From positions 32,001 to 96,000 of the forward strand of contig CBFIGY010000005.1 of NCBI GenBank assembly GCA_965662235.1: a stretch of 64,000 bases of DNA, read 5' to 3'. The position numbers were made by a program, and so were the translations under genes. Below the pieces are notes generated by a model. It did no database searches and was not told the origin of the DNA. It saw only the letters and a list, made by a program, of their open reading frames with translations. Shown one piece after another: positions 29,173 through 38,513 of this stretch. Source of the DNA: an uncultured bacterium (lineage in GTDB: Bacteria; SAR324; NAC60-12). Each line of letters opens with the position of its first letter. The stretch's first letter is position 1.

Positions 29173-30103
29173 GCTGCTCTGCATCATCGGGCTGCTGCTG
29201 GTCTCGCTGAGTCCGGCCAGCGCCCGTTTGCTCGATGATGTTGTTGAGTCGGGGTACATTTCGATTGCGGTGTACACCGACTTTCCTCCGTTTTCGTATC
29301 AGGAGAACGGCGAGCCCAAAGGGTCTGATGTGGAAATTGGGCGAGAGATCGCCCGACGACTCGGACTGGAGCCTCGCTGGCACTGGCATGAGGCAGGGGA
29401 AAACGTTGATGCCGACCTGCGGGTGGCTGTGGGCAAGGGCAACGCCATTCGCAACTGGGACGTCGCGGACTTCATGCTGCGCGTCCCCTTTGATCTCGAA
29501 TTTGCCATTCGCAATGAGCTGGTCGCCATCATGGCTCCCTACCAGTCGGAGACCTTCTTGCTGGCACATGATGTCCGCAAGATTGAGACGTTCCCGAACT
29601 ACGCCATCTTCATGTACGAGAAGGTGGGCGTCGAGTTGGACAGCATCCCGGACTTCATCCTCTCGGGCATGTTTGGAGGACGCCTCAACCGCGGCATTGT
29701 CCGCTACCCCAACCTGACTGACGCCACCAACGCGCTCCGTGCAGGTGAGGTGTCTGCCGTCATGGGGCTCTCGGGACCTGTGGAAAGCATGGTCTCGGGC
29801 GCCGAGAACATTAACGTGTTTCAGCCTCCTCTCGCCGGGCTCCTCACGCCGCAACGGGTGATCCGTTGCCCAGACATTAAAAAAGACTGGACCTCCAAAG
29901 TTGAAATTGAAGCCGAGTGTACCTACGAAATGGCAGAACCCCGGACCGAATGGGACATCGGGATGGCCGTGCGTCAGGACTCTCGAGACCTGGGGTACGC
30001 GCTGGAAGACCTGGTGATGCAGATGGTGGATGACGGCACCATGGAGAAGATCTATGCCCAGTATGGCATGACGTACCGGCTTCCCGAGTACCTGCAACCC
30101 TGA
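29162..30103 (+). CDS. Quinoprotein-associated substrate-binding-fold periplasmic protein (MxaJ/XoxJ-like position)
   Basis: Signal peptide, DFPPFSY, ADFMLRVP, WDIGMAVRQDSRDLGYA; follows cyt c550. Confidence 0.75.
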   Translation: MWNKLLCIIGLLLVSLSPASARLLDDVVESGYISIAVYTDFPPFSYQENGEPKGSDVEIGREIARRLGLEPRWHWHEAGENVDADLRVAVGKGNAIRNWDVADFMLRVPFDLEFAIRNELVAIMAPYQSETFLLAHDVRKIETFPNYAIFMYEKVGVELDSIPDFILSGMFGGRLNRGIVRYPNLTDATNALRAGEVSAVMGLSGPVESMVSGAENINVFQPPLAGLLTPQRVIRCPDIKKDWTSKVEIEAECTYEMAEPRTEWDIGMAVRQDSRDLGYALEDLVMQMVDDGTMEKIYAQYGMTYRLPEYLQP

Positions 30104-30115
30104 TTGAGGAAGAGA

Positions 30116-31087
30116 ATGCTGTTCAAGCGACTGTTCACCCTTGCCGCCTCCAGCCTCCTGCTGGGAGCGGTGGCTTCTGCTACCACCGTCCGTGTCGCCA
30201 GTACCAAGACCGGCACGGTGAACTGGGAACTGAACGCCATTGTGGAAAACGGCCTGGACCGTCAGGCAGGCATTGAGCTGGAAATTCTGGAGCTGGCCGA
30301 CATTGGGGCCACCCGGATGGCCGTCCAGCAAGGCGCCGCAGACGTGGCCGTGGCCGACTGGATGTGGGTCTCCCGCATGCGGGACCAGGGCCACTCCTTT
30401 AGCTTTGTCCCCTACTCCTCGTCGGTCGGAGGCCTGATGGTCCAGCCCGACTCCGGAATCACGTCCATCAAGGACCTTGAGGGCAAAAAACTCGGGGTCG
30501 TGGGAGGCGCGCTCTCCAAGGGGTGGCTGATGCTGCAGGCCCTTGGTCAGCAGGAAGGCCTTGATCTCGACTCCATTGAAAAGGTGTTTGGCGCGCCCCC
30601 TCTGCTCAGCAAAGAGCTGCAGGCCGGACGCGTGGATGCCGTGATCACCTACTGGCACTTTGCTGCCAAGCTGGAAGCCGCTGGCATGAAGCGGCTGATG
30701 AACCTGACGGACGTGGCGCCGCAGCTCGGCATCTCAGAGCAGGTGCCCATGCTCGGGTACATCTTCATGGAAGACTGGGCCAAGGCGAATCCGGAAGCCA
30801 TTGCCGGCATGGTTCAGGCGTCCACCAGCGCCAAGGAACTGCTCGCCCGCAGTCCGGACGCGTGGACACCGCTGCGCCCGAAGATGGGGACCAAAAATGA
30901 CGCCGAGTTTGAGCAGCTCAAGCGTGGGTACCTGGAAGGCACCCCGCAGCCGGTGACGGCCGCTGGTGTCCGAGACGCCAAGAAGCTCTTCCGGATCCTC
31001 GGAAAGCTCGGTGGCAAGAAGCTCATTGGCGACAGCACACAACTGGCTGAAGGAACCTTCTGGGGAGTGGCTGACGTCGAGTCATGA
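30116..31087 (+). CDS. NitT/TauT-family ABC substrate-binding protein
   Basis: Signal peptide, GTVNWEL, DWMWVSR, FGAPPLL, YWHFAAKL. Confidence 0.85.
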   Translation: MLFKRLFTLAASSLLLGAVASATTVRVASTKTGTVNWELNAIVENGLDRQAGIELEILELADIGATRMAVQQGAADVAVADWMWVSRMRDQGHSFSFVPYSSSVGGLMVQPDSGITSIKDLEGKKLGVVGGALSKGWLMLQALGQQEGLDLDSIEKVFGAPPLLSKELQAGRVDAVITYWHFAAKLEAAGMKRLMNLTDVAPQLGISEQVPMLGYIFMEDWAKANPEAIAGMVQASTSAKELLARSPDAWTPLRPKMGTKNDAEFEQLKRGYLEGTPQPVTAAGVRDAKKLFRILGKLGGKKLIGDSTQLAEGTFWGVADVES

Positions 31088-31836
31088 GGCAACAGAACTG
31101 GGGGGCGTGGGGATCCTTACTGCTGATCATCGGGGCGTGGCATCTGGCGGCCTCTGGTCAGTGGGTTCCGTTTTTGCCCACCCCGGGAAAGACCCTGGAA
31201 GTCCTCTGGGCAGAGGCGCAGAGTGGTGAGCTGTGGTGGCACCTCGGTGTCACCCTGAAACGGGTCCTGATCTGCTTTGTGGTTGCCATGATCACCGGAA
31301 GCCTCATTGGCATTGCCATGGGGCGCTCCGAGCGGGTCAACTCCACCCTCGACCTCTGGCTGGTGATTCTGCTCAACGTCCCGGCCCTGGTGACGATCAT
31401 CCTCTGCTACCTGAGCATGGGACTGGTGGAGGCTGCAGCCTTGCTGGCTGTGATCCTGAACAAGGTTCCCAATGTCACCGTGATCCTGCGGGAAGGCGCC
31501 CGGAGCTTCAACCCGCAGTTCAATGCGCTGGCCATCAGCTACCGGCTCTCCTGGACGGATCGTTTCTGGCACATCCTGTTGCCTCAGCTGGCCCCTTACC
31601 TGGCGGCCGCCTCCCGTTCCGGACTGGCCCTCATCTGGAAAATCGTCCTGGTGGTGGAGCTGCTGGGACGGAGCAACGGCGTTGGGTTTCAGCTGCATTC
31701 CTACTTCCAGCTCTTTGACGTGGCCGGAATTCTGGCCTACAGTGCTGCCTTCATCGTGGTGGTGCAGCTCATTGAGTGGCAGGTTCTGCAGCCTCTGGAA
31801 CGCTGGTCCAATCGCTGGAAGGCGGTGGCGGCATGA
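31084..31836 (+). CDS. NitT/TauT-family ABC permease
   Basis: LPTP, WKIVLVVELLGRSNGVG. Confidence 0.9.
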   Translation: MRQQNWGAWGSLLLIIGAWHLAASGQWVPFLPTPGKTLEVLWAEAQSGELWWHLGVTLKRVLICFVVAMITGSLIGIAMGRSERVNSTLDLWLVILLNVPALVTIILCYLSMGLVEAAALLAVILNKVPNVTVILREGARSFNPQFNALAISYRLSWTDRFWHILLPQLAPYLAAASRSGLALIWKIVLVVELLGRSNGVGFQLHSYFQLFDVAGILAYSAAFIVVVQLIEWQVLQPLERWSNRWKAVAA

Positions 31837-32564
31837 GCCAAGGTTCCGTTCACCTCCACATTCGGCAAAAGGCGTTTCCGGGACGTGCCGGGGAGCCGCC
31901 TCGGGTGGTGCTGGAGAATGTCGAGATCGCAGTTGAGCCCGGAGAGTTCATTGCGCTTTCGGGGGCCTCCGGATGCGGCAAGACCACTCTTCTGAACATC
32001 GTCTCTGGCATTGATCCGCACTTTGAGGGCCGCTTCGACTTAGCGGAGCAGCGACTGGCTTACGTCTTTCAGGAACCAACCCTGCTGCCGTGGCGGACCA
32101 TTGAGCAGAACCTCAGGCTTGTTCTGCCTCCGGAGGAACGCTCCAGCGACCGTCCGCTCCGTTACCTCAAGCGGATGGGCCTGCTGGACTACCGTCAGGC
32201 GTACCCTGGGGACCTGTCACTGGGCATGGCCCGTCGCGTGTCCCTGGCCCGGGCCTTCTCCATTCAGCCGGACCTGCTGCTGCTGGACGAGCCCTTTGTT
32301 TCACTTGATGAAGAAAACGCACAGCTGTTGCGGCGCCTGCTCCTGGAGCTTTGGCAGGAGCGTCGTTGCGCGGTCCTCTTTGTCACCCACGACCTCAATG
32401 AGGCGCTGGAGCTGGCGGACCGTGTCATCTTTTTGAGCCCCGAGGTCAAGGGCATTGCCCAAGAGGTCCGCCTCACCCAACCCCGGGAGCACCGCACCGC
32501 AGAGTTTCTGGCTGAGTTGCGCCGCGAACTGAGCCTCTCTGCACCTGACAAGGAGGAAGCATGA
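31833..32564 (+). CDS. NitT/TauT-family ABC ATPase
   Basis: GASGCGKT, FQEPTLLPW, LSLGMARR, LDEPFVSLD; ATGA overlap. Confidence 0.9.
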   Translation: MSQGSVHLHIRQKAFPGRAGEPPRVVLENVEIAVEPGEFIALSGASGCGKTTLLNIVSGIDPHFEGRFDLAEQRLAYVFQEPTLLPWRTIEQNLRLVLPPEERSSDRPLRYLKRMGLLDYRQAYPGDLSLGMARRVSLARAFSIQPDLLLLDEPFVSLDEENAQLLRRLLLELWQERRCAVLFVTHDLNEALELADRVIFLSPEVKGIAQEVRLTQPREHRTAEFLAELRRELSLSAPDKEEA

Positions 32565-33364
32565 TCAAAACGCTCTTCACCACCACCCTAGCCCTGGTGG
32601 GAGGACTGACCGCTTGGGCGGCTGTTCCAGAAGATCCTTACCAGTCGCCCATGTGGGAGTACGTTCATGAGCACCACCTTGATGGCGGACCTGTGGCCTT
32701 TGACGCTCAGGTGGAGGTGCTGCTTCCGGAAATGGCTGAAGACAGCATGCAGGTTCCCGTCAGTGCCTACTGGAAGGGAGAGGGACAGGTGGAAGAGGTA
32801 CGGATCATGGCAGACCTCAACCCGATCATCCGGGTGCTTTCGTATGAGCCCCTGAACGCAGACCCGTCGATCTCAGTCCGCCTCAAGGTGCAGCAAGGAA
32901 CCGTCGTTCGGGCGGCCATGCGCACCACGGATGGCGTCTGGCATGTGGCTGGCGCCTACATCGACGCTGCTGGCGGAGGCTGCACCACCCCAAGCGTCAG
33001 TCAGCAGGTTGCCTCTTGGGAAGACCACTACGGGGAGCTTTGGGGGCAGGTGTGGCCGGAGAACTCGACCACCGATCGCCTGCGCATGCGCCTGATGCAC
33101 CCCATGGATACCGGACTCAGCGACGGCATTCCCGTCTTCATCATTGAAACCGTGGAAGTCCGGGACGCCGCAAGCGACGAGCTGCTGGGGCGACTCAAGC
33201 TGCATGAGCCTGTGGCCGAGAACCCCACTCTGACGCTGGACCCCCACCACACGGATGCCGGGTACCGAGTGACCTTCCGTGACAACAACGGCCTCAAGGT
33301 TGAAGGCGTGATTGAATCCCAGACACGCCTGAACCTGATGGCCTCTCAGTTTCCGATGCAATGA
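32561..33364 (+). CDS. Quinoprotein dehydrogenase-associated SoxYZ-like carrier
   Basis: Signal peptide; AEDSMQVPV, DLNPI, internal AAGGGCT, MHPMDTGL (SoxZ-like), PVAENP. Confidence 0.85.
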   Translation: MIKTLFTTTLALVGGLTAWAAVPEDPYQSPMWEYVHEHHLDGGPVAFDAQVEVLLPEMAEDSMQVPVSAYWKGEGQVEEVRIMADLNPIIRVLSYEPLNADPSISVRLKVQQGTVVRAAMRTTDGVWHVAGAYIDAAGGGCTTPSVSQQVASWEDHYGELWGQVWPENSTTDRLRMRLMHPMDTGLSDGIPVFIIETVEVRDAASDELLGRLKLHEPVAENPTLTLDPHHTDAGYRVTFRDNNGLKVEGVIESQTRLNLMASQFPMQ

Positions 33365-34302
33365 CGCCGCTGCTTCGCCTCCTTGCGGGGCTTCTGGTGC
33401 TCCTGCCCACCACCAGCTGGGGCAAGGACTTTTATGACCTCCGCCCCACTCAGATCGCGCCGGATACCTACGTCCTGTTCGGAAAGACGGAAGGCTTTGC
33501 CCGCGAAAATCACGGCAACATCGTCAACACCTCCTTTGTGACCACGTCGGCGGGCGTGCTGGTGATTGACTCCGGCCCCTCCAAGCTCTACGGCGAGGCC
33601 CTCCGGAAGGCGATTGCCACCGTGACCGATCAGCCCATCTGGCAGGTCTGGATCACCCACCACCATCCGGACCATGCGTTTGGCAACCAGGCCTTTGACG
33701 CAGACCAGATCCACGCCCTTCCCAAGACCATTGAGGGCCTCAAGACGCAAGGGCCAGGCTTTCTGGACAACCTCTACCGCCTGGTGGGCGCCCCCATGCA
33801 GGGGACAGACGTGGTGCTGCCGAAGCATGCTCTTGCCCCAGGAGTGGTTGAAGTGGGCGGGCACCGCATGCGCCTGATTGCCCTGCACGGACACACCAGC
33901 GCTGACCTTGCCATCTTCGATGAAACCACCGGAGTCCTCTTTGCTGGAGACATCGTCTTCCACAACCGGGCCCTCGCCACGCCGCATGCCCAGATTGGCC
34001 CCTGGCTGGAGTCCCTGAAGGAGCTTGAGCAGTTGCCTTTCAAACTGCTGGTTCCAGGTCATGGAGCCACCTCGACCGATACCGGCCCCATTCTCCAAAC
34101 CCAACGGCACCTGGAGTGGCTGCATGAGGTCTTTGCCCGGGCCAGCCTGAAGGGACGGAACATGAACGAGGTCATGCAGACGCCAACGCCCAAGGAGTTT
34201 GAAAGCATCGCCCTCTTCCGGGAGGAACTCGCACGGTCGGTGGTGCACCTCTATCCCAAGTATGAAGCCCAAACCTTTTCTCTGATCCAAAAATCACAAT
34301 GA
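33361..34302 (+). CDS. Quinoprotein relay system zinc metallohydrolase (MBL fold)
   Basis: Signal peptide; GNIVN, THHHPDH, GHT..D, AGD, VPGHG. Confidence 0.88.
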   Translation: MTPLLRLLAGLLVLLPTTSWGKDFYDLRPTQIAPDTYVLFGKTEGFARENHGNIVNTSFVTTSAGVLVIDSGPSKLYGEALRKAIATVTDQPIWQVWITHHHPDHAFGNQAFDADQIHALPKTIEGLKTQGPGFLDNLYRLVGAPMQGTDVVLPKHALAPGVVEVGGHRMRLIALHGHTSADLAIFDETTGVLFAGDIVFHNRALATPHAQIGPWLESLKELEQLPFKLLVPGHGATSTDTGPILQTQRHLEWLHEVFARASLKGRNMNEVMQTPTPKEFESIALFREELARSVVHLYPKYEAQTFSLIQKSQ

Positions 34303-35474
34303 AGGCACGTCTCTTTCTGACGGTTCTCCTGACGTCCCTAGCCTCCGTTGGCTGGGGTCAGCAAGCGAAGTTGGAAGTCTCTGTGACCTACCTTGAGCAG
34401 CAGGTGGAGCGCCCGCCTGTTCTTTCCAACCTAGATGAGGAGCCCGAAGACCTCGGCCTTCAGGGGGCGCGTCTTGGCATTCAGGACAACCTAGCCTCCG
34501 GGCGTTTCCTAGGGCAGCGTTACGAGTTGCAGGAAAAAGTGGTCCCGGTCGGAGGAGACTGGGAAGCCGCCGTCCAGGAGGTCCTGGCTTCTGGTACCCA
34601 CTACCTCGTGCTGAACGCCCCTGCTGCAGAAACCCTGCAGGCCACCAAGTGGGCTCAGGACCAGGAGGTCCTGCTCTTCAACGCGGGGGCTCCAGAAAAC
34701 ACCCTCCGCGAGGAGCAGTGCCAGGCCAACCTGCTGCACACGCTCCCCAGCCGAGCCATGCTGACGGATGCACTGGGACAGTACCTGCTGTTCATGAAGT
34801 GGAAACGCTGGTTCCTCATCTCCGGGAACAAGCCGGGTGATCAGCTCTACGTGGCCTCGCTCAAGCGCACCGCCAAGCGTTACGGCATCAAGATTGTTGC
34901 TGAAAAGCAATGGACCTTTGACTCGGACATGCGGCGCTTGGCACAGCAGGAATTCCCACTCTTTACCCAGATTCCAGAGGAGTACGACGTTCTCATGGTG
35001 GCTGATGAGATTGGAGACTTCGGCGAGTACCTTCCCTACCACACGCGCGATCCGCGTCCAGTGGCCGGCACCCAAGGGTTGGTGGCCACCACCTGGGACC
35101 GCGTGGTGGAGCAGTGGGGGGCGGTGCAGCTGCAGGAACGGTTTGAACGCCTGTCCGGACGGAACATGCGGGCCAAGGACTATGCCGCTTGGGTGGCCAT
35201 GCGAGCCATTGGAGAGGCGGTCACCCGCACCAAAGCCGTTGACCCGCCGACCCTCCGGTCCTACCTCCTCAGCGACCAGTTGAAGATCGCCGGCTTCAAG
35301 GGCCTGAGCCTAAACTTCCGGTCCTGGAATGGGCAGCTGCGGCAGACCATCCCCCTGGTCCATCCCCGCGCCCTCGTTTCCACCTCGCCTCAACAGGGGT
35401 TCCTGCATCCCAAAACGGAGCTAGACACCCTGGGCTTTGATCAACCTGAATCCAACTGCCAAGCCTTTCAATGA
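34299..35474 (+). CDS. ABC substrate-binding protein of PQQ-ADH systems (LIVBP-like fold)
   Basis: GARLGIQDN..GRFLGQ, HTLPSRAMLTDAL, DEIGDFG, EQWGAVQLQ, GFLHP..ELDTLGFD. Confidence 0.85.
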   Translation: MKARLFLTVLLTSLASVGWGQQAKLEVSVTYLEQQVERPPVLSNLDEEPEDLGLQGARLGIQDNLASGRFLGQRYELQEKVVPVGGDWEAAVQEVLASGTHYLVLNAPAAETLQATKWAQDQEVLLFNAGAPENTLREEQCQANLLHTLPSRAMLTDALGQYLLFMKWKRWFLISGNKPGDQLYVASLKRTAKRYGIKIVAEKQWTFDSDMRRLAQQEFPLFTQIPEEYDVLMVADEIGDFGEYLPYHTRDPRPVAGTQGLVATTWDRVVEQWGAVQLQERFERLSGRNMRAKDYAAWVAMRAIGEAVTRTKAVDPPTLRSYLLSDQLKIAGFKGLSLNFRSWNGQLRQTIPLVHPRALVSTSPQQGFLHPKTELDTLGFDQPESNCQAFQ

Positions 35475-35899
35475 GACACACACGGTCCCTTTTTACGGGT
35501 CTTCTGGGCGCCTGTTTGCTCCCAGGAGGGGCATTCGCAACTCAACTCTACCTGACCGAAGATCTCGTTTGGACAACCGACCTTCCTGAGGCCTACATTG
35601 CCGAGTATGACGGCGACACACAGGCCGGACTTCCCAACGGACAAGGCGTGGGCTACTTTTACGGAAGCCTAGAGATCTGCGCTGCTGTGGAAGCCGATGA
35701 AGTGGAAGAAGTCGATCCGGAGATTGCTGAAGGGCTCTGCCTGGAAGCCAGTGCCGACATGGCCATGTACGAAGGAGAGTGGCGTTCCGGAAAACCGTGG
35801 GAAGGCATTGTCGCTCAAGCAGGCATTGCTGAAGCGGTGATTGAAGCAGGAATTTTGAACGAAGAGGCGTCCAAGTTTGAGGAGGAAGACGATGATTAA
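35471..35899 (+). CDS. Secreted, very acidic protein with two MORN-like half-repeats; unknown function
   Basis: Signal peptide (..GAFA); coupled to both neighbours; 31 D/E versus 3 K/R in 119 mature residues. Confidence 0.75.
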   Translation: MRHTRSLFTGLLGACLLPGGAFATQLYLTEDLVWTTDLPEAYIAEYDGDTQAGLPNGQGVGYFYGSLEICAAVEADEVEEVDPEIAEGLCLEASADMAMYEGEWRSGKPWEGIVAQAGIAEAVIEAGILNEEASKFEEEDDD

Positions 35900-36869
35900 G
35901 CCATTTGTGAAGCCGGCCCTGGTGCTGCTGGGACTCGGATGGGCCAGCCTGGCCTCCGCCCAAACCGCTTGGGTTTCAAATGAGAAAGACAACACCCTCT
36001 CGGTGATTGACCTAGAAACCCTGGAGCTGGTGGAAACCATCCCGGTGGGACTCCGTCCTCGGGGGATCATCTTCAGTAAGGACTTCAAGCACCTGTTCAT
36101 CTGTGCCAGTGATGACAACACCGTTCAGGTGTTGGATGTTGCCACCCGCAAGATCACCCACAACCTCCCGTCTGGAGAAGACCCCGAGCAGTTTGCGCTG
36201 CACCCGAACAACCGGGACCTCTACATCTCCAACGAAAACGATAACATTGCCACCGTGGTCGACACCGAAACCCGAGAGGTGCTGGCCCAGATTGACGTGG
36301 GCGTGGAACCGGAAGGCATGGCGGTCAGTCCCGATGGTAAGTGGGCCATCAACACGTCTGAAACCACCAACATGCTGCATTGGATCAACACGGAAACCCG
36401 GGAATTGGTCCACAACACGCTGGTGGGACAGCGTCCCCGGCACGTGGAGTTCATGCACACCCGGAACCTCGTGTGGGCGTCTGCTGAGATTGGCGGCACC
36501 GTGCATGTGATTGATGTGGGCACCCAGGAGCAGGTCCACGAGTTTAGCTTCAAGATCCGGGGGATTCACCCCAACCGCATTCAGCCGGTGGGCATCCGCT
36601 TCAACCAAGAAGAGACCCTTGCGTTTGTCGCTCTGGGGCCTGCAAACCATGTCGCCGTGGTCAACACCGAGACCTATGAGGTGGAGAAGTACCTGCTGGT
36701 GGGACGCCGGGTCTGGCACATGGACCTGACCCCTGATGGCAAGACGCTGCTCACCACCAACGGCGTCAGTGGCGATGTCTCGGTGATTGATGTGGAGGAC
36801 CTGAAGGTGCTCAAGTCGATCAAGGTCGGACGCTTCCCATGGGGCGTCCGGGTGCTTCCCAAGAGCTGA
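35892..36869 (+). CDS. PQQ-dependent catabolism-associated YVTN beta-propeller protein
   Basis: VSNEKDNT, RPRG, SGEDPE, VGVEPEG, TSETTNM, VALGPANHVA; GGAGG RBS. Confidence 0.9.
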   Translation: MIKPFVKPALVLLGLGWASLASAQTAWVSNEKDNTLSVIDLETLELVETIPVGLRPRGIIFSKDFKHLFICASDDNTVQVLDVATRKITHNLPSGEDPEQFALHPNNRDLYISNENDNIATVVDTETREVLAQIDVGVEPEGMAVSPDGKWAINTSETTNMLHWINTETRELVHNTLVGQRPRHVEFMHTRNLVWASAEIGGTVHVIDVGTQEQVHEFSFKIRGIHPNRIQPVGIRFNQEETLAFVALGPANHVAVVNTETYEVEKYLLVGRRVWHMDLTPDGKTLLTTNGVSGDVSVIDVEDLKVLKSIKVGRFPWGVRVLPKS

Positions 36870-36873
36870 CGCT

Positions 36874-37428
36874 TTACTGGGGAAGCAGCTGCAGGAAGGT
36901 CCCGGCGTCCGGATGCTGGGCTTCCTTAGCCAGGGTCAGCCAGCGCCGGGCTTCAGCCACCGTGTCCGTGTCCGGAGGAACGTCGGTGCCATAGTTGGTG
37001 GCCAGCATGACGCCTAGGTTGAACTGAGCGTCTCGATCTCCTTGCTCTGCGGCCATCCGGAAGTACTGAGCCGCAGTACGGTTGTTCTTCTCCACTCCTA
37101 GGCCTTCTTCATAGGCAAGGCCGAGGTTGAGCTGAGCAACCGGGTCGCCGAGGTTGGCCGCCTTGGTGAGCCAGAAGGTGGACTGCTCGAGGTCCTTGGG
37201 GGTTCCGAGCCCCTTTTCATACTGATTGGCCAGGTTGATCATGGCAGTGGTGTTGCCCTGATCCGAGAGCTTTTGCCACATGGCCAGGGACTCTTCATAG
37301 CGTCCCATCTTGAAGACCGCATAGGCCTTCAGGGCGGCGACACCCGTATTTTCCGCTCCTCCTTCCGCCTGGAGAGCGGCAGGGGTGCTGAAAAGCACAA
37401 ACACGAACAAGGCAGAAATGAGTTTCAT
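36874..37428 (-). CDS. Secreted Sel1-like repeat protein
   Basis: Signal peptide; repeats GNTTAMINLA, GDPVAQLNLG, GDRDAQFNLG. Confidence 0.85.
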   Translation of the reverse strand: MKLISALFVFVLFSTPAALQAEGGAENTGVAALKAYAVFKMGRYEESLAMWQKLSDQGNTTAMINLANQYEKGLGTPKDLEQSTFWLTKAANLGDPVAQLNLGLAYEEGLGVEKNNRTAAQYFRMAAEQGDRDAQFNLGVMLATNYGTDVPPDTDTVAEARRWLTLAKEAQHPDAGTFLQLLPQ

Positions 37429-37993
37429 AGGGCGGTTGATCTTAGGAGTGATGGGCGGGGTGTTGCTGCTGAGCAGCACCAGTTGGTCGCAGGATACCGG
37501 AGCTTCCGACGATTGGGAAGACGAATACTTTACCATCGACGGCTACCGGATCATGCACTACAGCTTCCCCACTCCGGAAGCGGCAGAGGGAGGAACCACC
37601 GTCCATGTTGCCGAGTTGGAGGCCATGCGACACGATGGGAAGCCGCTGGTGCTGGTGGATGTGCAGCCCACGCTGTTCCGCAGCGGACGCTTCATCTGGG
37701 AGGCCCCGCACCGGGTCATTGCCGGCAGCTACTGGCTTCCGAACGTCGGACACGGAGACCTGCTCCCCGAGTGGTCGAACTACCTCGCGGATTTCATGCG
37801 GACGCAAACAGCAGTTGATCCGGAGGTCCGGATTGTGTTCTACTGCACAGCAAATTGCTGGATGTCCTGGAACACCGTCAAACGGGCGGCGGAAATGGGC
37901 TACGCGCACATCGCTTGGTTCAAGGATGGCATTGAGGCTTGGGAAGCCGCCGGCCTTCCCATGGAAGACGCCACACCGGTTCCCCGGAGCTGA
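37418..37993 (+). CDS. PQQ catabolism-associated rhodanese-like (CxxxCW motif) protein
   Basis: GYR..Y..PTP, IAGSYWLPNVG, FYCTANCWMSWN..KRA, GIEAWEAAG. Confidence 0.85.
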   Translation: MSFIGRLILGVMGGVLLLSSTSWSQDTGASDDWEDEYFTIDGYRIMHYSFPTPEAAEGGTTVHVAELEAMRHDGKPLVLVDVQPTLFRSGRFIWEAPHRVIAGSYWLPNVGHGDLLPEWSNYLADFMRTQTAVDPEVRIVFYCTANCWMSWNTVKRAAEMGYAHIAWFKDGIEAWEAAGLPMEDATPVPRS

Positions 37994-38011
37994 ACCCAGG
38001 CTTCAGGCCCG

Positions 38012-38440
38012 TCACGGTTGTGTGGGGGCAGCCGGGCTGTAGAAGTAGACAATGCTCTTGCGGCGATCCAGGAAGCTCCGGACGGTGGCTTCGGCAAACT
38101 GACTCCCGCGGCTGGACGCATAGACCACGCAACCGACGCTGCCTGAGGCGTCAATGGCCTGGCTCCGGATCGCAGAAAACGCCTCTCGGGCTTCCTCCTG
38201 CCGGGTGAGGACCTGACGCCGAAAGTTCACGCCTCCCTTGAGGGTCGTGACGCACAAGAAGCCCTCGAAGGTGACATCGACCGACTGCACCCCCCACCCC
38301 TGGAGCCGCTCCAGGGTCGCGTCGGCATGCTGCTGAGCGGCAGGGGTGTTGCCCGACGCCAGCGACGTTGGTTCGTTTCCAGCTGCTCCCGTACTGACGG
38401 TCAGGAAGAGAAACAGCCACTTGAAGGAACAGAATTTCAC
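38012..38440 (-). CDS. Hypothetical secreted protein
   Basis: GTG start, signal-peptide-like N-terminus, fills the gap before coxS; no family recognised. Confidence 0.5.
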   Translation of the reverse strand: MKFCSFKWLFLFLTVSTGAAGNEPTSLASGNTPAAQQHADATLERLQGWGVQSVDVTFEGFLCVTTLKGGVNFRRQVLTRQEEAREAFSAIRSQAIDASGSVGCVVYASSRGSQFAEATVRSFLDRRKSIVYFYSPAAPTQP

Positions 38441-38513
38441 AGGCCCTCCAGAGCAGGTCAAGGTGCGGATTTACCTTAGCCGGGGGCTTTTCGGGTGTCA
38501 ACACTCGGAATCA

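Noticed and set aside
32561..33364. Sox thiosulfate oxidation pathway
   Set aside because: The GGC is internal in a fused quinoprotein-associated carrier; no soxAX, soxB or soxCD in the window
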